A DNA stretch of 64,000 bases, taken from Lingula anatina. Lineage: Eukaryota > Animalia > Brachiopoda. The position numbers and the translations under genes are program-made. How positions within the stretch are numbered: position 1 is the first letter of the stretch; each line of letters begins with the position of its first letter. The DNA lies in NCBI GenBank assembly GCA_051362555.1, contig CM120649.1, positions 14,570,001-14,634,000 on the forward strand, written 5' to 3'. Below, piece by piece: positions 38,201-48,600 of this stretch. The notes below the pieces were generated by a model. It made no database searches. It worked only from the letters and a program-made list of their open reading frames with translations, and had not been told where the DNA came from.

Positions 38201-38914
38201 ATCATGTTTTGATCCACAGTTATTGCACTGATTTTCCATTGTGGGGTGGCACTTTGAGGCCATGGTAGAAGTTTCTCTCTTCTTATGTGTCCCTTTAAAT
38301 GTAGGTTTAGGGCGAAACGGTTTGTTGTGCTTGACTGCATGGACCTGGGCGTCTCGATTGATGTCTGTGAGTTGCTGCGAGGTTGCTTCCTGAGTTCTTG
38401 CAATGTCGATCGCCTTGTCCAATGACAGAGTTTCACCCAATTCCAGTAATTTGGACTGCGTGCGGGCTGATTTGCATCCAAAAATGAGCGTGTCAAGTAT
38501 TTGTTCATCTGGTTGGGTATACTTGCACTCGCTGACCAGAGAACGAATTCTCTTCAAGAATTGATCTACAGTTTCCCCGTTACCTTGCGTAAGGGTCCTC
38601 AGCTTAAATCTGGCTAGTCTAAAATTGCTTTTAGGCTTAACAAATTCTTCAAATTTGTCAAAGTAGGTTTTTAATTCCTTAGATTCATCCCCAGTCAAGT
38701 TCCATGTGCTAACTAGGTCTCGTCCAGTCTCTCCAGCCCATATCTGGAGGTACGCAATCTTTTCAGTCTTAGATTTGTTCTTTAGTGGACCATCAAAGTA
38801 TAACTCGCACATCTGTTTGAACTTCTTGTACTCCTGAACTGCATCGGTAGCATGCCAGTTCATGGCAGGTACTGGTAAAGCTCCCAGCTCCATGTGGAAA
38901 GACTTTTTTATCAA
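35255..38914 (-). CDS. Gag-Pol polyprotein (gag with two Zn knuckles, protease, RT, RNase H, integrase core)
   Basis: 1219-aa ORF with CNNCGSKH...C and CFGCGKLNH...C knuckles, protease KVDTGAD, RT LDARSGYW...RLPFGL...IIDD, RNase H VDAS...YSNIEREMLA, integrase HYAH...CAPC, GADLF and NGFIER. Confidence 0.95.
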   Translation of the reverse strand: MIKKSFHMELGALPVPAMNWHATDAVQEYKKFKQMCELYFDGPLKNKSKTEKIAYLQIWAGETGRDLVSTWNLTGDESKELKTYFDKFEEFVKPKSNFRLARFKLRTLTQGNGETVDQFLKRIRSLVSECKYTQPDEQILDTLIFGCKSARTQSKLLELGETLSLDKAIDIARTQEATSQQLTDINRDAQVHAVKHNKPFRPKPTFKGTHKKRETSTMASKCHPTMENQCNNCGSKHDHSKRELCPAYGSTCFGCGKLNHWRKCCRSEHKQSTIHRGNRPHRHAVTPKQQMHRVHACSEDDCEPQESNELYFSPIYVGSIESKRAFINLKISSEQNSITFPCKVDTGADGNLITKKDYAKLCPNNTNLKPSGVKIVAFGGQRIPHYGSCTLTLTYGGSNTEHQFHVVETNGPTILGIDTCQKLGLVTLNYAVDLEDRQHSNANNALLEQYPDCFQGIGCFKGEYHITLDPSVPPVVHPPRRVPEALREPLKTELESLEKKGIIAKVEEPTDWVNSLVCVTKADGSIRLCLDPKDLNAAIKRPHHRIPSFDEILPRLSGALYFSILDARSGYWNIKLDHESSLYTTFNSPHGRYRFLRLPFGLVCAQDVFQKKVDEAFGDLDGITGIIDDIVVDGKTKEEHDRNLHLLMDRARKIGIRFNPDKMHIRCSEIPFFGNILSSEGLQPDPKKVESIHSMDPSSNLADLQTFLGLTQYLSRFIPNLASISAVLWDLTKSKNEFVWSPEHQAAVEKIKSVITSPETLQYFDSSKPVTIQVDASQRGLGATLMQNNRPVEYRSKLLTETETRYSNIEREMLAVVHGLEKFHYYAYGRKVTVESDHKPLASIFQKHVNNAPPRIARMMLRIQKYDVTIKYVPGKNIPIADALSRLSKCEGDTIQGVDVTVHEIDMQLNASPTRLKQIREETSKDETLHSLRNFITNGWPNTRSECPSHLHDYWNYRDELSVFDGLILKGTRILIPTTLQAAVLEQLHYAHQGAEKCKLRAKGSVFWVNINRDIENMVKACAPCQHNQKANVKQPLMPHDVPQKPWHTLGADLFFIDNDSYLLISDYYSKFPVVRKLNNLQSNTTIAHMKSIFEEFGIPRKLITGNDTQFTSAEFQKFRHDYGFEHVQTSPHYSQANGFIERAVQTVKNLLIKCKEAKTDPHMAMLCLRCTPLDHNIPSPAELLNSRAYDTNLPAIQPHLSHASYDGEINAYMQRKKG

Positions 38915-38962
38915 CTGGTTATCAGCGTTGGCTCACTGTATTGTTATAAAACACAGTCACGT

Positions 38963-38975
38963 ACTTCTGACACCA
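38963..38975 (-). promoter_or_regulatory. Primer-binding site (tRNA-Leu type)
   Basis: TGGTGTCAGAAGT immediately follows the 5' LTR terminal CA and is complementary to a tRNA-Leu 3' end. Confidence 0.8.
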
Positions 38976-39102
38976 TGAAACAACTCCAAGGAAGGACTCG
39001 ACTGCAACAACTAACTTTATTTCTAAGTGTGCAGATATAAATACATTGTGTGTCTACTGATCAGAGGGATCACTGTCAAGTGTGTTTATACTACGTACAT
39101 TA
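38976..39102 (-). repeat. 5' LTR, truncated (127 bp)
   Basis: Identical by eye to 34423-34549; homology ends abruptly at 39102. Confidence 0.9.
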
Positions 39103-39720
39103 ATTATCATGGCACTTGTCATCTTACGGGTGACGTCATAATTGCGATTTTGGGGTAAAAATGGAAAAATCTGTTTCTCAAAAATTCCCTTTGCCTGAGC
39201 AGCCACTAATACCGTTCCAACGCCAATTTAATGAGATCCTGTCAACGAGTTTTCTTTTACTCTTTAATTCAAATTTTATTGTTGATAAAGCAAGATAATG
39301 CATTTGTTTAATGAAAATTTGTTATTAAGGGCTCATTTAACTCCATAACAAAAACATAAAAACTAAAATGACGGCATGGGATACAATCAAGTCCATGCAG
39401 TTGTTGTCAGCTGTTACAATTTTCGTGATAAAATCTTGTTCAGGGATGAGGATACGGCCTATAATGTTAAAAGTTAACACCCGTACACGTGAACGATTGG
39501 TGGGAAAGTGCATATCCTCTAAAAAGGTGAAAATATAGCGCATTTGAAATTGAATGGTTAATCGTGCTATATATTAATCAAAAGCCTTGCACCCCCACCC
39601 CCACCCCCCACCCCCCCCAAAAAAAAAGAAAAAGGGAATTTCAAAGCAAACTTAACGCTCTTTCACCATTCTCCAAAGTTCTCGATCATTTTAACATTGT
39701 GAGATAAGGAGAGAGGGATA

Positions 39721-42700
39721 TAGTCCAGGAAATTGGTGAAAAATTGTGCATTTTTTACCTACAAGCATGAAATTTGGCACACTTATGGACAATAAAATTC
39801 TAAGCAAATTTGGATATATGGGCATGTCTGAAAATTCCAAAATGGCCGTCAAATCCAATATGGCCACCAAAATACCTTTTCAAATTAAAACTTCAAGTAC
39901 ATAGTCTTCTAATGACTTAAAATATCATATAAAGGTTAGAAAACACCATGGTATGAATCCTTCAGGTGTATTAAATCCAAAATGGCCGCCAAAAGTAAAA
40001 AAAACAGACCATTTATTCAAGATATCCATTTGAATGGGGAATTCATCAAGCACTTAAAACTACAAGCAAAAAAAATTTGGCAGGTTTGTGGAAAATGAAA
40101 TTCTGAGCAAGTTTGGATGTATGGGCATATCCAAAATTTTATAAATGGCCTTCAAATCCAAGATGGCCTCCAAAAATACGGCTTCTAATTAAAACTTCAA
40201 GTATATAGTCTTTTAAGGGCGTAAATATCATACAAAGGTTAAAAAACACCACAGTATGAATTCAGAATCAATATTTGCTTTTTTAGGTGTATTAAATCCA
40301 AAATGGCCGCCAATAGTAAAAAGCACTCTACTAATCAAAGATATCCAGCAGAGTGGTTAATTCATCAAAAACTACAAGCATGGCATTTGGTACAGTTGTA
40401 AAACAGGATTCCAAGTACTTTTGGATGTATGAGTATGTCTAAAAATTTCAATATATGGCCCCCAAATCCAATATAGCCGACACAAATACCCGTTCAAATT
40501 AAAACTTCAAGTATATATAATCATATAATAACTTAAGATAACATTTTATGGTTAGACAAGACTATGTTATGCATGAAGTATCAATATTTGATTCTTTAAG
40601 TGTATAGAAATCCAAAATGGCCTCCAAAAATAAGAAAAACAGGCCACTCACAGCAGCAGTATGGTGAATTCATCATGCACTTAAAACTACAAGCATGAAA
40701 ATTGGCTCAATTGTACAGAACAGGATTCTAAGCAATTTGTTATATAGGGACATGTCCGAATATTCTAATATGGCCACTAAAACCCTTTTAAAGTAAAAAA
40801 AGACTACTATATAATCTGACTGACAACAGTCTTTACTCTTTTTTGTTTTTGGTTTTTCGCTCCTTTAGTTACATTTAGACCCAAATGACCATAAAAAATG
40901 GAACAGGACTCCTTTTGGTCTAGTTGTGACACCACATGCAGCAATTCTATAAATGTCAAGGATATGAAAATGTCAAGGTATTTTCACAAGTAAGTTTCAA
41001 ATTAACGAAAGTTATTTTATCAAGTAAGTGTTGCACATTTTATGGGCGGTCAACCTTTTACTTTAGTAAATGGACAATATCTGAACAGAGGATAACAGCT
41101 AGCTACACCGAAATTTCTACTTATTTGGTTAAATAATTTTCATTCATTAATGTGCGCCTAGCTTTACTAGTAGTTGTGTTTCCCTCAGCTTTCCCAGTAT
41201 TTCCTTAAAGCTAAAGCTTCTACATGTAATCCACTTTCCCTAACAAAATACCAAGAGGCATTGGTCTTTTTTAACACCAGAAAGCATCAGTTTATATGCA
41301 TGAGGGTCAATAGGAATATGAAAATGTGGTAGGGCATAGTAGTAGACGTAGGTTACTAGTGTGAACCCTTATAGGACCAGTCTTCCAATGCTTCTGACTC
41401 AGTTTATATGCATGACGGTCCATAGGAACATGAAAGTGTGGAAGGGCATATTAGTAGATGTAGGTTACTAGTGTGAACCCTTATAGCACCAGTCTTCCAA
41501 TGCTTCTGACTCCCCTCACCACAGTTAGCAACTGCACACATAACTACAAACAGATGTGGTAGGAGCTACCTGGTAGATTTTGTAAGCTGGGTAAGTGAAT
41601 ACTCCTCATGGCTTCATTCTGGATTGTCCCACAGAGACAATGATGCCGGAAATCTCATGAATTTTTACCTTTCAAAGTCCATATTGCACTAATTTCTTGG
41701 TGTAATCCTCAGAATACATCGTTTTTTGAAGTTTTGTATGTATTAAGTTATTAACTGTCTGGAGGATTTTAATTCTTTTATTTTCATGTTCAGTTTTTTG
41801 AAAGTATAAGTTTGTAACTAAACAAGTTGCCAAATGATCAAATGAAAACCAAAGTTTGGCGCCTATAGATCAGTGCTTCTTTTTTAGTGCACGAAGTGTG
41901 AAGTCTGCAATGCAACTCTTGGATACAGCACGTATCAACACCTGCCCTTTGTTTGGGGTACAGGTATTTCTTTGCTCATAAATTTTCACTAAATTCTCGG
42001 TAGCCATTACTGCGAATGTACTAAAGCCAATTTTTTAAATAAGAAGCTTTTCTAATTTACTTTTGAAGCACAAGATAACATCATAACATTATCGAGTGCA
42101 AATGTGCCCCGCTTTTAGTACTTTACCAATGAAAAACACCAAATTGTTGAGACCTGTATGTTTGATTAGCTGTCATTTTTGTTATATTTATGAGCATTTG
42201 ATGAAGCACCATGCACTGATCTAGCTGAAGAATCATAACCAACAGACAAAATTGGTACACCCCAAGTTTTTTTTATATTTGCCTCTTTAAGGCTAAGTTA
42301 TTCTGGTGTTTCTTTCACATTTTATGGATTTTGCACGATACTTTTTTTCTTAGAAAGGGGGAGTCACTCATGAGTGCCATATAAGAAGATTGCTAACTGG
42401 GAATTGATCTAAATGAGAATCCAGAGCAAAAAGTCAAACTACTTATGTTGGTTTATCAAAAGAAGGACTCTTTTCAGTACATAATAAATGTATCATGCTT
42501 GATGGTTTTTTAAAAACTCTGTAGAATAGCTCCTGCACAGGTAGGAATATGCTGATTATACAGGTATTTTGCAAAGCCCACATGCCTATTCCCGAGGATT
42601 ACAATTCAATAGTTGTGGTCTGCTGACTTTTGGAGGCCATTTTGGAATTTTAAAACCTTAAGTGGCAGATACTGATACTTCATACATACAATGGTATTTT

Positions 42701-43245
42701 CTAACCATTAAATGATATTTTTATAAAATACTATACAAATAACTTTCACCTTGAAAGGGTATTTTGGGGGCAATATTGAAATTGGCTGCCATATTGGAAT
42801 TTTCAGACATGCCCCTATATCCAACGTTGCTTAGAATCATGTTCTACATAACTGTGCCAATTTTTATGCTTGTAATTGTAAGTGCTTGATGATTTTACAA
42901 AACTGCTGCATATTTTGCGTAAGTAAACTGCTTATTTTACTTTTGGAGGCCATTTTGGAATTCTATACACCTGTAGAAGCGGATATTGATAATTCATTCA
43001 TAGCATGATATTTTCCAGCTATAAAATGATATTCTAAACCATTTTAGGACTATATATTAGATGTTTTAATTTAAAAGAGTATTTGTGGCAGCCATATTGG
43101 ATTTGGCGGCCATACTGGAATTTTCAGACATGCCCATATATCCAAAAAAGCTTAGAATTCCATTATCTACAACTGTGGCAAATTTCATGCTTGTAGGTAA
43201 AAAACGCACAATTCACCCTTTTTTCTGCACCAATTTCTTGGACTA
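39721..43245. mobile_element. Non-autonomous or decayed DNA transposon with long internally repetitive TIRs, Academ-like
   Basis: Termini TAGTCCAGGAAATTGGTG...CACCAATTTCTTGGACTA, flanked by ATA on both sides (39718-39720, 43246-43248). The arms are built of ~300-315-bp units (starts near 39759, 40060, 40373, 40687; inverted copies at ~42620-43245). TAG termini with a 3-bp TSD fit Academ. Confidence 0.75.
41288..41512 (+). repeat. Tandem duplication of ~113 bp (2 copies)
   Basis: cagtttatatgcatga...ccagtcttccaatgcttctgactc occurs twice with few substitutions. Confidence 0.85.
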
Positions 43246-43845
43246 ATAGGCCTACATGTAGTAGGCCTACACTTATCAATGCTCGCGATTAAATGTATTG
43301 ACTTTTAGAGTGACATATGTCAGTTGGTTCGACTTATATATTACAGAAGCAATAAAGAAATTATTTTTTTCAGTTAATCTAAATCCATTTGCATGTCAAC
43401 AAAAAGGACAGCGAGTGCGTGGTGGTTTATTTTTATCATTATTATTATATGACTGTTTATATATGCTCTATATGTATAAAACATGTACAATAACAACTAG
43501 CCAAGCCAGCTAAATACTTCTATATTCATTAAGCCAGTAATGGGCCTATATGTTCGTTATTTGTTCAGATATCCGGTGGATATACGTGTCCCGTGTGTAT
43601 TGCAGGCTGAGCAAGATAATAGTTATTTTGTTGGCAGGCAAAAGGAAAAATGCTATTTTTATGTTATATTTTCATATGCCAGAAAACAAAAATCAAGTTT
43701 CATTTTTTTTTTTTTTTCAGTTCCAGTGACCTGACAAAGCTACGGTTCTAACTTCCGATTGGAGCAAAGAATCCCCTAACAAGTCCCGAAAAAACACCTC
43801 AATAGATACAATCACCCCAAAAATCAACAAACAAATGTTATCTCT

Positions 43846-44485
43846 TTAGAACCGTGTCTGTTGCGGATCGTGTCCGGGTGGAAAAAACACCTCGTCACGT
43901 TCAGCCGACTGTCTGGTTTGCGAGCTATGGGCGCTACTCGGCGAGGTCATTCCGCTCACTACCCTCGTTTGCGGGACACTCAATGGCTCGTCGTATACGC
44001 TCCTGGCAACCAAAACTTCCCTATCCTGGTCGCGATCGAGGTTCGCTGCAATACTCCCAGCGGGGTACAAAGCAACATGAGAGGTGCTTGTCGCTCGGAC
44101 GAGATCCACGTCGTGGTGGGGGCTTCTTTTGCTTGCAGCCATTGTGGACGAACTGTCGGCAACCACGTTCCGCCCCACGATAACTTCGCGAGAATCTCGT
44201 TTGCTGGGGCTCATGACGTGGCTCGGTCTTATTGAGAGATTGTAGACGGCGTGTGGATCGTTGACTGGTGGGTACAGGACCTCCTCGAGCATTCTGGCGG
44301 TAGGTCCTGCGGTGTTGTAGGAGTAGTGGCTCGGGGCGTAGATAGATTCTTTGTCGTCTGCTGGTCGTTGGAGGGTTTCTGTGTATATCATCTTTTTTTT
44401 CTTTCTTGGCTGAAACGAAAGAAGAAAAATAAAAAATGAGGCGAGTGAACAATTTTGTAGACCTACATCTTTCTTTCTAAGGGCC

Positions 44486-44521
<36 letters not shown>

Positions 44522-45558
44522 TTTTAAACCACAAACTACACTACACAAACTTCGCTTCGTTGATAAAGATACGTGTATCATCAAAATGATAAATATAATG
44601 CACTAATTTATAATCATTTAAGTTAAAATTTTTTAAATTTCCTTTAAAGAAATCATAATTGCAGTTAAGAGACATTTTGGCCAAATTTGACCATAACACT
44701 GGAACTGCAATCTGGAAACTCCCTTCTCTGTATGCATGTCTTCAGATTTGCCTGCGGTGTGACAGGAATGGTATCCCTAGGAATGGAAGTCCGGGTTCCC
44801 ATACGATAAGTATAGGGTTATTTGGAGTATTGGGGTTATAGTCTAGTGAGATATTTGAAAAGGGGCTCTGCATAAGAGGCAAGGGGCATTTTGGGGTAAA
44901 AGTTGGGAACCAGGCTTAATAGCATAATTTTGAGATGCTGATTCCGATTAACCCGGTTCCCAAGCGAAATTTTGCGTTTTTAACGGTCTAATTTGCAAAA
45001 AAACAAAATGGCCGCCAGATTGCCTATTTTCTGCAATATCTCTGGAACTAGACAGGCAAATATGACAAATGAAGTGTCTTTACCTATATTTTTAGGGTCG
45101 AGGAACATTATTATGGTGTTTCTGTTAAAATTAGATTTACGCAATTTTCCTAAATATGCAAATTAGGATCGCCATTACTGAAAAACCGTTTTACCTTTGT
45201 ATCTCTGTAACTAGGTAAGCAAACATGACAAATGAAGTGTCTACACCTATGTTCTCAGGGTCAGGGAATGTGATACATCAGATGTGTTGTCTGATGGGTA
45301 GCACTGACTTTGTGAATCGTGTCCGAGTAGCACCTTTTATTGTTTCTTCCCTGAATCTGTCAAACACTAGTCAATCTGCTGATAGTTAGAACCTGCCTTC
45401 AGAACTGCTCTGACGTACGTGTCAGCCAAACTACCAAAGGTCACTGCATTGTCAGGCTTTCCCAGTGAAATTGCCAGTGCTTGCCAATCAATTATAAGGC
45501 AAGGTGAGCAGAGGCGGATCCAGGATTATTTGAAGGGGGAGTCCGTTGATGCAAAGCC

Positions 45559-45622
<64 letters not shown>

Positions 45623-48600
45623 ACTTGGCAACGGGTTAGGGGCCTGTTGAAGGGCCACGAACAATTTTGGTATTTAGGAGGGCGAACGGTGCCATTTGGT
45701 ATGGTTTACAACTATGATTCAGCTAGTCAAAATTATAATTTCAAGTGGGGGACAAGAATTCGAAGGGGGGGGGGGGGCAGGGCCCCCTTGAGCCCCCCTC
45801 TAAATCCGCCACTTGGTTAGGAGTCATTCAGTTTAATTTCATCAGGGCAGAATACGTCTTCTGTTAACCTTTCTGTTACAGGTTTGGTCTCAACAAAATC
45901 GTTTAGAAGCTTGAGAAACTGCTCAGACTTGCTATTAACACAGGAATGTTTTCCTTATCGTCAATCATTTAATTGGATTCAGTAGAATATCAGAAGATTA
46001 AAGTTAAAATTTTGTTAATTAAAATGAAACGATACCAACGGGTAACCAGTAATAAGCTAATGGAAAAATCGCTGAAATGGATGAGGTGAGATGCCATCGT
46101 GTACTTAAAGTATACACATACATATTGACATTTAATATGGAATATTTTAGTTCAAAAGCAAAGTGTTGATAATAAATTACCTTTTTAGACAAATTGATCA
46201 CATACGACAATTGTGATCAGGTATATGTGTAGCCAGGTGTGTTGGTTATTGTTCATTAGGCTGCTTTCTCTGAAGCGCGGTTATATTACGTAATATGTGG
46301 CAGTTTCTCTGAGCAGTCCTCTTTGGCTGGCTACAGAATGCGTATAAAAGGGCAGCAGTTCTGCAGAATAAGTCTCTATATTTCGGCAACGTCCAGTCAA
46401 ATAGTTTGCTGTTTTGCAGACTGTTAGCTGACCTTGCAGTATGTGAACTAACGGCAGCAACTTGCCACACTATTTTTGCATTATGCCAGAATGGACTGAA
46501 GCAAACTGCTATTTCCAGACAACTGCATGTGTCCCAGGGAGCAGTTTCCAACGTCTTACAGAAACACGCCCAGACTGGTACATTAACACAGAGACCAAAG
46601 CCAGGACGTCCTAAAGTCACCACCAGAAGGGAAGACCGCTTGCTTCTGCGGTTATGTCGCAACAACTGGACAAAGACAACTCTTGCTGTAAAAAATGAGT
46701 GGCAAATTACCATTCAAAAGCATGTTTCTAGAACTGTAGTGAATGCAAGGTTACTTTTAGTTGGTTACCTCTATTAACAGAGCAACACCAATGTCTGCCT
46801 CTGTGGTGGGCTAGACACCATTTGCGGTTCCAGGCACAGCACTGGGTTCATGTAGATTTTTACAGATGAGGCAGGGTTTGAGTTCCACCACCGTGATGGC
46901 TGAATCAGTCAGTAGGCTTCCAGACGAGTTACTGCACGAAGATTGTGTCACACTGCAGTGACTTGTGGCCGTGGCAGTATCTGTGTATGGGCCGGTTTCC
47001 ACACTGGAGCCAAAACACTATTGGTGGCAACTGATGGAAACCTCAACCAGATAAAATAAAGGGACATTTTAGAGAACACTTGCTTGCAATTTGCAAGAAG
47101 GTACTTCCAGGACAACTTCATCCTGCAAGACGACAATGCCCGACCACAGCGTGCCCATGCAATAACTGCTTTTCTGCAAAACCAAGAGGTAAACCAGTTG
47201 CCTTGGCCGACGGAATTCCCCTGACAATAATTCTATAGAAAACCTGTGGGCATAAATCGTTAGCAGAATCAAGAGCTTACCCGTCCAGCCTACAAATCGG
47301 CACAAGCTTAGGCAAGCTCTGACTAATGCGTGTAACACAATACTGGATCAAACTCTCAAAAACCTCTCTGCGTGGATCCCTCGCCGAGTGAGAGCTCTGG
47401 GTGCAGCTAGAAGAGGCTGCACGCGTTCTTATCAGTTCCCATTTTTCACATTTGTCTTGATGATTCTGTTGTGTAAGAGAAAATCCTTACCAACTGATAT
47501 TCTTGATAATATCGAGTTCATAAGTATTTAATACCTTGTTGTTATCAGCTATAAAATTGTCCATGCGCTGTTTATAACGCTGATTTGAATACGTATTTAA
47601 ATTAAATTTTTGAAGATGTATTCACAAGGGTTGTTGTATAAAAGCCATATCGAACATGATAACAAGTGTTCTTTCATCCATTACTAATATATGGGAAAAA
47701 ATCAAAGAAAATATGTTTGAAAAAAACCCATTTAAATGTCAAGTCCGTACATTGCATCACATGAATTACTTGATTCAGCAAATCCCTCCATTGCATTAAT
47801 AAGGAAATCTTTTTTAAATCTAGGTAAAAGGGGCAGTTGTGTGATCCAATATGTTTACATCCCAATGGCAGGGCAGTATTTAATTGCAAAATTCAATTCA
47901 GATTCGAATAATTGCTACAGTGTGGCAGTGTAGCACTCATTGCTGATTTGATTATAGTGAAAATGTCTTAACCACTTTCCCTAACGCTGAAAACATAGGT
48001 GTGGGCACTTCATATGTCATGTCTGCTTGCCTAGTTAACATATGAGCAGTTCTGAAGGCAGGTTCTAACTATCAACAGATTGACTTGTGTTTGACAGCTA
48101 CAGGGAAGAAACAATAAAAGGTGCTACTCGGACACGATTCACAAAGTCAGTGCTACCCATCAGACAACACATCTGATTTATCACATTCCCTGACCCTGAG
48201 AACATAGGTGTAGACACTTCATTTGTCATGTTTGCTTGCCTAGTTACAGAGATACAGAAGTAAAACGGTTTTTCAGTAATGGCGATCCTAATTTGCATAT
48301 TTAGGAAAATTGCGTAAATCTAATTTTAACAGAAACACCTTAATAATGTTCCTCGACCCTAAAAATATAGGTAAAGACACTTCATTTGTCATATTTGCCT
48401 GTCTAGTTCCAGAGATATTGCAGAAAATAGGAAATCTGGCGGCCATTTTGTTTTTTTGCAAATTAGACCGTTAAAAACGCAAAATTTCGCTTGGGAACCG
48501 GGTTAATCGGAATCAGCATCCCAAAATTATGCTAATAAGCCTGGTTCCCAACTTTTACCCCAAAATGCCCCTACTATTCATCTTTTGTGGAAATCCCACT

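Larger units (their letters stand above)
34423..39102 (-). mobile_element. Ty3/Gypsy LTR retrotransposon, Mag-like clade
   Basis: Two direct repeats, PBS, PPT and a single gag-pol ORF with PR-RT-RH-IN order. Confidence 0.96.

Noticed and set aside
35739-38508. Overlapping alternative-frame and antisense ORFs within gag-pol
   Set aside because: Shadow ORFs of a long coding sequence with no motifs.
39130-39134. GTGAC matching the left flank of the Gypsy element as a TSD
   Set aside because: It is not adjacent to an LTR end; a 5-mer match is expected by chance.
45419-45820. Poly-proline 133-aa ORF
   Set aside because: It is the translation of a poly-C tract inside a MITE.
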